NCBI GenBank assembly: GCA_965215265.1
Contig: OZ244048.1
Span: 4,192,001 to 4,256,000, forward strand
Length of the DNA: 64,000 nucleotides
Reading direction: 5' to 3'
Source: Candidatus Poribacteria bacterium
GTDB lineage: Bacteria > Poribacteria > WGA-4E > WGA-3G
Below are positions 30,603 through 40,412 of the stretch, one piece after another; positions within the stretch are counted from its first letter, which is position 1; each line of letters opens with the position of its first letter. Position numbers and translations under genes: made by a program. The notes beneath the pieces are model-generated. The model was not told the origin of the DNA. It ran no database searches and was given only the letters and a program-made list of their open reading frames with translations.

Positions 30603-30926
30603 ATGCCCAGAGCCGAGGATGAAAAACCGCGCGGTGTCCGGGCGGCCTATGATGCGTGCTTCAAACAGAATCTCAACGCGCAGCTCGGAGAGAGACTCGG
30701 CCTGCCGATATAGGCAGAACTCGCCGTCAGCTGCTTGTCTCTCACGATAGACATCGGCGTGATTTTGCGAGACACCGCCTGGAGCGAAACCCGCCGGATT
30801 CTTTTGGGGAATTTGGCACGGTTGGCTCGCCCCTATATCGCTAATATGGAGTTGATTCAAATATCCGCCTTTATGAACAGAACAACACCGGGTGGTGGTA
30901 CGACTTCGGATTTTACATGGCAGTGA
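30603..30926 (+). pseudogene. Degenerate gene remnant (possibly PD-(D/E)XK/Rpn-like hypothetical family)
   Basis: Promoter 30542-30571, AGGAGG RBS, ATG 30603, internal TAG at 30711, frame continues to TGA at 30926. Confidence 0.4.
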
Positions 30927-31054
30927 TTAGCGGCTTCGGCGGCATCTCCCTTTCGCGGCGTAAACGCAAAGAGACGACTTCCTGAACAACTACAGTATAT
31001 AACTTATATGCATTAAGGCATCAAAAAACCATATCGATAGAGGGGGTATACCCT

Positions 31055-32074
31055 ATGAAAGTTTTAGTCATCGGCGGCACCGGCAACATCAGCCGCGGCA
31101 TTGTCGCGGCATTGCAACAACAGAATCACGAAGTCGTCCTTTTTAATCGCGGGCAACACGTGGATGCCGCACCTCCGGACATCCGGGTAATCCTCGGAGA
31201 CCGGCAACACCGCGAAGATTTTGAGGCAAAAGTGGGCGCAGAACGTTGGGATGCTGTCATAGATATGATTAGTTTCAATGCAGACGATGCAGCATCCGCT
31301 ATGAGGGCATGTCAAGGACGCGTCGGCCATTTTGTGCACTGTTCAACGGTGATGACGTATGGCCCACCCTTCAGCGGCATTAACTTACCGGAGAGCGCCC
31401 CACTGCAAGGAACATCGGGCTATGGACTCGGAAAAATTGCCGCGGACAACTTGCTCTTGGAAGCTTATCAACAAGATGGATTCCCTGTAACCATTTTCAA
31501 GCCTTCTTATACGCACGGCCCCGGCATGAACCTACATCGACAAGTGGGTGGAGATGGCAGTTGGCTCGATCGCCTCCGCAAATGGAAACCGATTCTCTCC
31601 GCAGGCGACGGGTTGAACTATTTCCAATTTTTGGCATCACGGGATGCAGGTGTTGCATTTGCCGAGGTCCTCGGCAGATCTGATTGTTTCGGTCAAATTT
31701 ATAATCTCGTTCATCCGCAGGCACGCACCTGGGATGAATGGCACCGTGCCGCCGCTGCGGCACTCGGTGTCTCTATAGAAATTGTGCATGTCTCCCAAGA
31801 GACACTTATCGCTATGGCACCTGAACGGTTTGGCGGATTGCAAGGCAACTTCGGGCATACCCAAATCTTCAGCGGTGTAAAATTGGAGAAAGTACTCCGC
31901 GCGTTTCGCCCACAAATTCCTATCATCGAAAGCGTCGCAGAAAATATCACATGGATGGAGAAGCACAACCGCATCCCTAATAGCGATGAAGCTGATCTCG
32001 AAGATCGGATTATTCAGGCAATTCGCAATTTACCTAAGGTATTGTATACTGCATCACAACACCTCCGGATGTAA
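31055..32074 (+). CDS. NAD-dependent epimerase/dehydratase family protein
   Basis: VLVIGGTGNIS, FNRG, YGLGK. Confidence 0.85.
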   Translation: MKVLVIGGTGNISRGIVAALQQQNHEVVLFNRGQHVDAAPPDIRVILGDRQHREDFEAKVGAERWDAVIDMISFNADDAASAMRACQGRVGHFVHCSTVMTYGPPFSGINLPESAPLQGTSGYGLGKIAADNLLLEAYQQDGFPVTIFKPSYTHGPGMNLHRQVGGDGSWLDRLRKWKPILSAGDGLNYFQFLASRDAGVAFAEVLGRSDCFGQIYNLVHPQARTWDEWHRAAAAALGVSIEIVHVSQETLIAMAPERFGGLQGNFGHTQIFSGVKLEKVLRAFRPQIPIIESVAENITWMEKHNRIPNSDEADLEDRIIQAIRNLPKVLYTASQHLRM

Positions 32075-32684
32075 TATCCACCCTTGTACAAATACAGGAG
32101 CAGCGTTGTAAAATCCTAACCTTTGATGGTATGGAGATAGACAAAAATTAGATTTTTAAAGACATTACCTAGTTAACCTCCGACGAGATTTACACACGAG
32201 TTATCATTACATACGCGGTGATAGTACGGAGATATACAAAAAACGAGATTGACACAGGAGCAGCGTTGTAAAATCCTAACCTTTGATGGTATGGAGATAG
32301 ACAAAAATTAGATTTTTAAAGACATTACCTAGTTAACCTCCGACGAGATTTACACACGAGTTATCATTACATACGCGGTGATAGTACGGAGATATACAAA
32401 AAACGAGATTGACACAGGAGCAGCGTTGTAAAATCATAATCTTTGATGGTACGGAGATAGACAAAAATTAGATTTTTAAAGACATTACCTAGTTAACCTC
32501 CGACGAGATTTACACACGAGTTATCATTACATACGCGGTGATAGTACGGAGATATACGAAAAAACGAGATTTACACACGAGTTATCATTACATACGCGGT
32601 GATAGTACGGAGATATACAAAAATACGAGATTTACACAGTCATTTACACAACATCAGCCGTTGGAGGGCTGAAATATACTAAAA
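32041..32684 (+). repeat. Largest repeat array: three 160-bp higher-order units plus extra 61-bp arms
   Basis: ACAGGAGCAGCGTTG at 32094, 32254 and 32414, each unit containing two arm variants. Confidence 0.95.
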
Positions 32685-32700
32685 ATTTGGAGGAATAACA

Positions 32701-33510
32701 GTGCAGATAAAATCGGCATTAGTCTCAGAAAGACTTGAACGTGTGGAACATGATCTGCGCGAAGTCGGATTCCACATTATTAAGAATGTCATTACTGTTG
32801 AAGAAGCGGACGCGGCGCGCGAAGCAATCTGGAAACTAGTCGACCAGGATATCGCTAACGGACATGACCACAGCTACGGGAACGGGAAAATCCGGCGCGT
32901 CTGGGGAATTGTTGGCAAATCTGCCATCTTCCGAAAACTCATTCAGCACCCAACCGTCATAGCCGTATGGAAAAGAATGTTGGGCGAAGATGTTATTGCA
33001 TCCACTTTTACCGCCAACATTGTCGGACCCGACGCACCAGAAGGGGGCTGGCATATCGACTATCCCTATTGGGCGATGCAGCCACCGTTTCCATCGGGCA
33101 CCTTGACTGGACAGACGGTATGGATGTTGGATGACTTCACGGAAGAAAACGGCGCAACGGCGTGCATTGCAGGCTCACACAAAACACTCCGCCGCCCAGA
33201 ACTAGGCGAAGCAGAGGGGCTCGAAAAGACAGTAGCTGCCGCACCAAAAGGCTCAATCCTGTTTACCAACGGAGCAATATGGCATCAATCATGCCCGAAT
33301 CTTACTGATACACCACGTGTTGGATTGCTCGGTATGTATAACCGTTCTGTTATCTATCCACAAGAGGATATGCCTCGACAACTGAGCGATGCTGAACTAA
33401 CTGCTGAAACTGAGATACTAAAACAGTTGTTAGGTAGAAATATCCCTTTCCGGGATCCAGACCACGGCCACAATTGGCATCGAACGGAAAGTGGATTCCG
33501 GGCTGAGTGA
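32701..33510 (+). CDS. PhyH family dioxygenase
   Basis: WHID, LDDFTEENGATACIAGSH, IWHQ. Confidence 0.9.
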   Translation: MQIKSALVSERLERVEHDLREVGFHIIKNVITVEEADAAREAIWKLVDQDIANGHDHSYGNGKIRRVWGIVGKSAIFRKLIQHPTVIAVWKRMLGEDVIASTFTANIVGPDAPEGGWHIDYPYWAMQPPFPSGTLTGQTVWMLDDFTEENGATACIAGSHKTLRRPELGEAEGLEKTVAAAPKGSILFTNGAIWHQSCPNLTDTPRVGLLGMYNRSVIYPQEDMPRQLSDAELTAETEILKQLLGRNIPFRDPDHGHNWHRTESGFRAE

Positions 33511-33619
33511 AAGCAACATGCCTAAAAACAGAAGGTGCCGGTTATTCTAATGTATTGCGATTTCCTATTGTCATGTGATATACTCTATAATTAGATTCGT
33601 ATATTTAAGCGCGTTACCT

Positions 33620-33764
33620 ACTGATGTTTTGATAAACCTCGCACAAATCTCGCCAGAGCCTTTGATGTGTTGACTTCAAAAGACTATACCTAAGTCATCT
33701 CCGACGAGATTTACACACGTATCAGCAAAACGTAAGCGTTGATAGTATGGAGATATAGAAAAAT
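33620..33764 (+). repeat. Palindromic repeat element abutting the start codon at 33765
   Basis: ACAAATCTCGCCAGAG...CTCCGACGAGATTTACAC...GGAGATATAGAAAAAT-ATG. Confidence 0.85.
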
Positions 33765-34814
33765 ATGCCTACAGTCTCTCACACTGTTCTCAGAAAATTC
33801 ACGTATGACATATACTGCGCCGCTGGCGGAACCGAGGAAGATGCAAAAATAGTCAGCAACCACGTCGTCGATTCCAATCTGGCCGGACACGATTCGCACG
33901 GGGTGATTAACGCACCAAACTACATCGGAGGGATGAAAGGCGGACCCGCTGCTGATAAGTTAGAAGTGGTACGGGATAGTCCCGCAGCTACCGTCATTAA
34001 CGCAAACGGGGCATTGGGAATGGTTGCAGCACGCAAAGCGATGGAGCTCGCTGTTGAGAAAGCAGGAACCTGTACCATCGGTGCTGTTGGTTTACATCGG
34101 TGCGGACATGCCGGACGGATGGGTGAATACCCACCGATTGCTGCGAAGGCCGGAATGATTGGCATTGTGCTATTAAATGGGGGCGGAAGGTTTATGCATC
34201 CACATGGCGGCACTTCACGCCGATTACCACCGAACCCAATCGCGATATCTGTGCCTCGTAAAAATGGATCACCGCTCCTGCTTGATATGACGTTGAGCGT
34301 TGTCGCAGGCGGGAAGTTACTTGTCCAAACCGCACGTGGTGAAGACATACCTGACGGGTGGATGATTGATGCAGACGGCAATCCCATAACAGATCCAGTC
34401 GCATTTCGAGAACGCCCGGATGACACAGCTGTGATGCCACTCGGAGGTTTTCAGTTTGGACACAAAGGATTCGGCTTGGCTGTCATGATTGATGCAATCG
34501 CCGGCGGACTCTCCTGGGCCGGATGCAGTCGCGAACAACCGACCCGCGGGGCAAGCGGCATCATGATGTTTGCAATTAATATTGACAATTTTATCCAACT
34601 AGCCTATTATGAAGAAGAGATTGAGTACCTTGTCGAGTGGATTAAATCCTCTACCAAACTTCCCAACGTTGACGAAATCTACGTCCCTGGGGAGTTCGAG
34701 GAACGGAGCCGTGAACGGAGACTCAAAGAAGGTATTCCAATTGAGGCGACAACGTGGCGGCGGCTTGTTGAAGCTGCAGAACATCACGGTGTCAAACCAC
34801 CGGTAGTCCTATAA
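33765..34814 (+). CDS. Ldh_2 family oxidoreductase (type 2 malate/L-lactate dehydrogenase-like)
   Basis: GHDSHG, HAGRMGEY, NPIAISVP, GHKGFGL, VPGEFE. Confidence 0.9.
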   Translation: MPTVSHTVLRKFTYDIYCAAGGTEEDAKIVSNHVVDSNLAGHDSHGVINAPNYIGGMKGGPAADKLEVVRDSPAATVINANGALGMVAARKAMELAVEKAGTCTIGAVGLHRCGHAGRMGEYPPIAAKAGMIGIVLLNGGGRFMHPHGGTSRRLPPNPIAISVPRKNGSPLLLDMTLSVVAGGKLLVQTARGEDIPDGWMIDADGNPITDPVAFRERPDDTAVMPLGGFQFGHKGFGLAVMIDAIAGGLSWAGCSREQPTRGASGIMMFAINIDNFIQLAYYEEEIEYLVEWIKSSTKLPNVDEIYVPGEFEERSRERRLKEGIPIEATTWRRLVEAAEHHGVKPPVVL

Positions 34815-34913
34815 AGATCGCATTCAAGTCATGAGACTGACTGAATTTCATTCTGTTTATCTGTTGTATCCGTCCAAACTAAATTGGTGATAACACTATA
34901 GGAGAAAATAACA

Positions 34914-35507
34914 ATGAGACTCTTAATCCTTCTATTCATTCTACTCATCGGAGTTGTCGGATGTGCTGTCCTCAATCAACCAATCATTGAGATTTTACCG
35001 GCGCGCCTTTCCTGCGAAACCAATCCGGGATTGGTGGATGGTAATTTGGAAACAGTTAGCACGTTTGCAGTCAACGGTTTCATCCAAAAAGAGTATCAAA
35101 TCTTTAATCGCCATCTCGCCTATGCCGAGAGACAGTATCTCACGAAAGTTGAAGGAAATAAACGGACCGAGGCTATTATCAAATTGGACGTACCCACTTA
35201 TGTCTCCTACGTTGAAGTCTATCCAGCATCGCGCATATCCAATTTCGCATTAATGACCACAACTGAGGAACCGCCTCGGTTTGATGTCTCTTTTGAAGCG
35301 GTGCACGACAAGCAACATCAGGACATAGAAGGCGTGAAACCTGTTAAATTCCAGATCGGGAGAGAAGTGCTTTACCTCCGCCTGAGTGCAGATGGAATGG
35401 AAGATAGGCAAAATTCTGTCAAGGGCGTAAATTCCCGCGTTAAAATTCCTCTGAAAGGTGCCTCAATTCGCGAGGTAAAATTCTATAGCATGGAAATAAA
35501 TAAATAA
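34914..35507 (+). CDS. Hypothetical lipoprotein
   Basis: Hydrophobic N-terminus with lipobox VVGC; AGGAG RBS. Confidence 0.65.
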   Translation: MRLLILLFILLIGVVGCAVLNQPIIEILPARLSCETNPGLVDGNLETVSTFAVNGFIQKEYQIFNRHLAYAERQYLTKVEGNKRTEAIIKLDVPTYVSYVEVYPASRISNFALMTTTEEPPRFDVSFEAVHDKQHQDIEGVKPVKFQIGREVLYLRLSADGMEDRQNSVKGVNSRVKIPLKGASIREVKFYSMEINK

Positions 35508-35972
35508 ATAATGAACGTTCGTCTACTCAACTTTTTATCCATGCGATTCGTTGCTATTACAGGCCACGCTCTACTTTAAGATACTACAATAACGGAAACC
35601 CCGGCCTCATGACTTGCTTGCGTAAATTGCTTGATAAGGTAAACCTATCCGCTACTGTTGTCCTAATTCCTTACGTTACTATCCTTAGCTGCATGTACCC
35701 CAGGAACGGGATGGCTTTTCTCTCATCACCCTATGACGTTGCAACACCCATTACAGCCCCCAAAAAGTAGGGATGAATGCAAGCCTACAAAAGATTGAAT
35801 TTTATTTTGAAATTTGGTATAATTAAATCTGAAGATAATACGGTACGAAAATTATCTGTTTTCTGTTTTCTGGTTTCTGGTACAAACAGAAAAGCAAAAA
35901 AAATTGAGTTATACCATAGACAAACCCTATTAAGTTGCGCTCTAAAACTAAATCGGAGGTTCAGAACCGCGA

Positions 35973-36992
35973 TTGCAAAAACAAGACTCGAAGAGTGTTC
36001 CTGTACAGAGCAACACCGAAGTGCAAGCCCTTTTTGGACAAAGCGACACCTTCTTAAGGCGGATCGAAGACGATTTTGATGTACGCGTTGTTTTGAAAAG
36101 TGACAGTATCGCTGTCATTGGCGAAGACAGTAATGAAATCGAACGCGTTGTAACCGTATTGGAATCGCTACTTTACCGCATCCGAAAAGGGGAACAGATT
36201 CATGCAAATGATATTAGTTACATAATCCGAGCATCCGGAGTAGATGAAAAGGAGACTTTGATAGAAAGCACGGCAGAATCTATACCCGTGTTTTCAAAAC
36301 GAGGTGTCATTCGCCCTAAAACCGCAGGACAGAAACGGTACGTTGAAGCCATTAAGCACAACGACCTCGTTTTCGGGATTGGCCCTGCAGGTACTGGCAA
36401 GACATATCTTGCGATGGCGATGGCAGTCTCCGCACTTAAGACCGGACAGGTCAGCCGCATTATTCTCACGCGACCCGCCGTTGAAGCCGGAGAACGCCTC
36501 GGGTTCTTACCAGGAGATATTGCAGCGAAGGTGCATCCGTACCTACGGCCATTATATGACGCACTTTACGACATGATGCCCCCTGATGCCCTTGACAAGT
36601 ACATTGAACGGAACGTCATTGAAGTTGCCCCTATTGCTTTCATGCGCGGTAGGACACTCAATAATTCTTTCGTTGTCCTAGACGAAGCACAAAATGCAAC
36701 GGTTGAACAGATGAAGATGTTCTTGACGCGCCTCGGCTTTGATTCCAAAGCTGTTGTCACTGGAGACATCACGCAAACCGACCTGCCGACACACAAGATA
36801 TCCGGACTCGCTGACGCACAAGAAGTACTCGCAGGAATCAAAGGAATCGACTTTATCTACTTCTCAAAAATAGATGTTGTCCGGCATGAATTGGTGCAAC
36901 GTATCGTTGAAGCATACGAGCAAGCATCATTGCAGAATCTGAAACGGAGTCCAGATGCTTCATTGCAAAAATCGAAAGAGGCATCCATGTGA
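35973..36992 (+). CDS. phoH: PhoH family ATPase
   Basis: GPAGTGKT, RPAVEAGERLGFLPGD, FMRGRTL, DEAQN. Confidence 0.95.
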   Translation: MQKQDSKSVPVQSNTEVQALFGQSDTFLRRIEDDFDVRVVLKSDSIAVIGEDSNEIERVVTVLESLLYRIRKGEQIHANDISYIIRASGVDEKETLIESTAESIPVFSKRGVIRPKTAGQKRYVEAIKHNDLVFGIGPAGTGKTYLAMAMAVSALKTGQVSRIILTRPAVEAGERLGFLPGDIAAKVHPYLRPLYDALYDMMPPDALDKYIERNVIEVAPIAFMRGRTLNNSFVVLDEAQNATVEQMKMFLTRLGFDSKAVVTGDITQTDLPTHKISGLADAQEVLAGIKGIDFIYFSKIDVVRHELVQRIVEAYEQASLQNLKRSPDASLQKSKEASM

Positions 36993-37534
36993 CGAAACCA
37001 AAAGACCGTTCTAACACATACGCCATTTTCATTACCTGTCATTGTCCAAATACCGAGTTTAGCACAGACATCGTGCACCAAGCAGTCCTAGCAACACTGG
37101 GCATCTCCGATAAGGAGTCTTATGCAAGAAAATCTCATCCCAGAGTCATTCGACTGATACCCGAAGCATGTGAAGTCAGCGTTTTGTTGACAGATGATGC
37201 AGAAATGATTGTACTGAATCGAGAATACCGTGGACTTGACGCGTCAACCGATGTCCTTGCTTTCCCAATGTATGAAATGTATGAAGGGGAAGAGAACTTG
37301 AATTGCCTGACAGCAGGCGATGTGCGATACCCTCTGCCCCTCGGGGATATCGTTATATCGTTAGAAACAGCACAGCGACAAGCAGACACAGCGAGGCACT
37401 CATTGGAAGCAGAAGTCGCGTTCTTGACAGTGCATGGGGTGCTGCATCTACTTGGCTATCAACACAAAACTCCCGAAGAAACCACTGTTATGTTTGAGAA
37501 ACAAGAAGCGATTTTACGAAACATCTGTCTATAG
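36989..37534 (+). CDS. ybeY: rRNA maturation endoribonuclease YbeY
   Basis: LNREYRG..TDVLAF, LGDIVIS, HGVLHLLGYQH. Confidence 0.95.
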   Translation: MTKPKDRSNTYAIFITCHCPNTEFSTDIVHQAVLATLGISDKESYARKSHPRVIRLIPEACEVSVLLTDDAEMIVLNREYRGLDASTDVLAFPMYEMYEGEENLNCLTAGDVRYPLPLGDIVISLETAQRQADTARHSLEAEVAFLTVHGVLHLLGYQHKTPEETTVMFEKQEAILRNICL

Positions 37535-37587
37535 GCGAACCTACTAGTCCCGACAAAAGCAAATCCTCAGGAGGTGTTATTTCTCGT

Positions 37588-38883
37588 TTGGATGAACTAA
37601 GTACAGTGATTAAACTGCTCAGTTTAGCGGTGCTTTTTGTTTTGACGGCACTCTTTTCAGCCGCGGAGGCCCTCCTCTCTCGACTGACTCGTGAAGATCT
37701 TCTGAACTTTGCCGAGGCAGAAGAAAAACGTTATGATCTGTTGGCATCGCTGCTGCGCCGTCCACGGCGTTATTCGCTTACAATTATTATTGGGAAAACC
37801 GTTTTAATGGTAAGCATCACCGTCTTTTTCATAACCGCTTTCGGTTCTGATACATGGCAGTCTCAGCTCGGACGAACCGCACTCGCAGTGGTACTACTTA
37901 TCATCTTTACAGAGTTGTTTCCCAAAAACTACGTGCAGAGTAGCTCAGGAAACGCCACTATCACTGCACTCCGTGTACTTCGAGTCATATATTGGGGCGG
38001 CTGTGTCGTTATCGTTCCTTTGAACTTTATCGCTAAAGTTGCTGTGAGAGTGTTCGGCGGCAAGGTTCAAGATGAACAAGATAGTCTCGTCTCACCGGAG
38101 GTGTTAGAAACGCTCGTTAGCGTCGGGGATAGCCAAGAAATTTTAGAAGCGGATGAACGGGAAATGATTTCACGGATTCTCGATCTGCCAGACAAAGTTG
38201 CTCGCGAAATCATGGTCGCGCGAACAGACATGGCATGCTTGGACATCTCAACACCTGAAGAAGATGTCTTGAAAACCACTATTGAGTGCCGGCACACGCG
38301 CATCCCTATCTATGAAGAAACAATTGATCGAATTATTGGTATCCTACATGTCAAGGATATGCTTGAGTACTGGGCAGTGGGAAACCCCATTAACTTGCGG
38401 CAACTCATCCACGATCGAACCCCCTTTTTTACGCCCGAAAGTAAGAAAATTTCTGAGCTTTTTCGAGAATTGCGGGCACACAAGCAACACCTCGCTATTG
38501 TTGTTGATGAATATGGCGGGACAGCTGGAATTGTAACGCTAGAGAACATCATAGAAGAGATTGTAGGCGAAATCCACGATGAAGACGAAGCTGACCAGCA
38601 GGATGCTTATATTCAACTCGATGATAACATATACTCCGTTGATGCCAGGCTGAACCTAGTTGAATTGAACGAAAAACTCGGCACAGAATTAGAAGCAGAG
38701 AATATTGATACAATTGGTGGATTTATTGTAGACTACCTTGGCAGAGTTCCTGAACAGAACACGCAATTCACTTACCGAGGAATTCGCTTCACGATAATTG
38801 AAGCAGATGAACGACGTATTCATCGTATTCAGATTCAGATGACACTCCAGGATCCAGCGGATTTAACAGCAGATTTGTCTTAA
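37588..38883 (+). CDS. Hemolysin family / CorC-HlyC transporter-associated protein (CNNM + CBS)
   Basis: FSAAE, ELFPK, HTRIPIY, VVDEYGGTAGIVTLENIIEEIVGEI. Confidence 0.9.
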   Translation: MDELSTVIKLLSLAVLFVLTALFSAAEALLSRLTREDLLNFAEAEEKRYDLLASLLRRPRRYSLTIIIGKTVLMVSITVFFITAFGSDTWQSQLGRTALAVVLLIIFTELFPKNYVQSSSGNATITALRVLRVIYWGGCVVIVPLNFIAKVAVRVFGGKVQDEQDSLVSPEVLETLVSVGDSQEILEADEREMISRILDLPDKVAREIMVARTDMACLDISTPEEDVLKTTIECRHTRIPIYEETIDRIIGILHVKDMLEYWAVGNPINLRQLIHDRTPFFTPESKKISELFRELRAHKQHLAIVVDEYGGTAGIVTLENIIEEIVGEIHDEDEADQQDAYIQLDDNIYSVDARLNLVELNEKLGTELEAENIDTIGGFIVDYLGRVPEQNTQFTYRGIRFTIIEADERRIHRIQIQMTLQDPADLTADLS

Positions 38884-38928
38884 ACTGTTAGGGCGAAGCA
38901 CCTCGTTTTCATAAAAATTGAAATTAAT

Positions 38929-38957
38929 TTGACAAAGGTTGTAAAATAGCGTATAAT
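38929..38957 (+). promoter_or_regulatory. Consensus sigma70 promoter of tRNA-Pro
   Basis: TTGACA-17 nt-TATAAT ending 12 nt before the tRNA. Confidence 0.85.
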
Positions 38958-38969
38958 TAAGGAAAAGGA

Positions 38970-39044
<75 letters not shown>

Positions 39045-39197
39045 TTTTCGGACGGATAAGTAAGTTTCTCAGGGTTCTGTCAACATTTTTTTTGCACAGA
39101 TTTGACACCAGCACTGCCCTTCTGCTTTTGTATTGTGGGCTAATCCCTCGCCTACGAAGATGCAATTCACGTTACGAATGCACAAATTCGCAAAATT

Positions 39198-39968
39198 ATG
39201 CCTGCTCGAAAAACACAAGCGATTGTGATTCGCACTTTCCCTTTCCGCGAATTTCATAAGATCATCACCTTCTATACGCCTGATTTCGGTAAAGTGAAAG
39301 CCGTGGCATACGGCGTAAAAAGCGCGAAAAGCAAACTCGCCGGTAGTTTGGAACTCCTTAACCACGGCACCCTTCTTTTTAACTACCATGAAAATCGAGA
39401 ATTGCAGAACATAACCGATTTCAATTTAATTGATGGGTTTGATACCATCCGCTCCGATTTTACGCGTCTCACTTATGGATGCTATTTCGCCGAATTAGTA
39501 GATGCCATTGAATCCGAATCTGTTTCAAATCCGGCGGTGTTCCATTTACTGCAAAGTACCTATCAATTCTTAGTCCATGCAACCGATATCCGGCTCCTCG
39601 CGAGGACATTTGAAATTAAGTTTATAGACTTTGCAGGCTACGGACCGCAACTTTCCCGGTGTGCCTATTGTAATTCAGAGATTACAGCAGAAATACTAAA
39701 ATTTAGTGTGAAGCACGGTGGACTGCTTTGCGCAGAGTGCGAGCACCGTGATGCAGCAAAGTTTTCAATGGCACTCGGAAGTTGCAATTTACTCAAAAAA
39801 CTCCGGATCCTCCAGATTAACTCGCAAACTTCATCTGAGCTTAATCGGCTTCGCGCCTCCACACGTAATCATCGTGAACTGAAACAGACACTAGGAAACT
39901 TCATCGAGTACCATACCGAACGCAATCTAAAAAGCCTCAGATTTATTGAGAAAGTATTAGATGTCTAA
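39198..39968 (+). CDS. recO: DNA repair protein RecO
   Basis: AIVIR...KIITFYT...GKVKAVAYG, CAYC...LLCAEC zinc motif. Confidence 0.95.
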   Translation: MPARKTQAIVIRTFPFREFHKIITFYTPDFGKVKAVAYGVKSAKSKLAGSLELLNHGTLLFNYHENRELQNITDFNLIDGFDTIRSDFTRLTYGCYFAELVDAIESESVSNPAVFHLLQSTYQFLVHATDIRLLARTFEIKFIDFAGYGPQLSRCAYCNSEITAEILKFSVKHGGLLCAECEHRDAAKFSMALGSCNLLKKLRILQINSQTSSELNRLRASTRNHRELKQTLGNFIEYHTERNLKSLRFIEKVLDV

Positions 39969-39991
39969 TGCAGAAATATACAGTTTAGTAT

Positions 39992-40411
39992 CTTTTCGTC
40001 TACAGGAGCCCTACAAAGGCTGCTGCAATATTAAAACCTTTACAAATCTCGCTCTTTTGTCTACAGGAGCCCTACAAAGGCTGCTGCAATGTTAACCCCT
40101 TTACAAATCTTGTCAGCGCCTTTCGATGTTTTGATTTTTAAATAACGACATTACCTAAGTCATCTCCGACGAGATTTACACACGAGTTATTATTACATAC
40201 GCGGTGATAGTACGGAGATATACGAAAAGACGAGATTTACACACGAATTATTATTACATACGCGGTGATAGTACGGAGATATACGAAAAGACGAGATTTA
40301 CACACGAATTATTATTACATACGCGGTGATAGTACGGAGATATACGAAAAGACGAGATTTACACACGAGTACTCATTACATACGCGTTGATGGTACGGAA
40401 ATATACAAAAA
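39992..40411 (+). repeat. Palindromic repeat element: 2 left arms, core, 4 right arms, all at 61-bp period
   Basis: Left arms at 39994 and 40055; GACGAGATTT at 40168, 40229, 40290 and 40351. Confidence 0.95.
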
Positions 40412-40412
40412 T

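Noticed and set aside
30709-30715. In-frame TAG as pyrrolysine or readthrough
   Set aside because: The surrounding ORF looks degenerate and short, there are no pyl genes, and TAG is a normal stop elsewhere in the window.
35520-35780. Intergenic stretch whose minus strand reads …AIPFLGY…, suggestive of an RT or IS remnant
   Set aside because: It has multiple stops and only a 4-5 residue resemblance, which cannot be supported without a search.
40168-40411. CRISPR array interpretation of the 61-bp tandem units (also 21357-21604 and 32094-32684)
   Set aside because: The putative spacers are identical or clearly related between units and loci, the units are dispersed and form palindromes, and there are no cas genes in the window.
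40326-40412. ORF-track N-terminal extensions at 18008, 40326, 45870 and 50640
   Set aside because: They lie inside repeat arms; better starts exist at 18134, 40413, 45978 and 50676.
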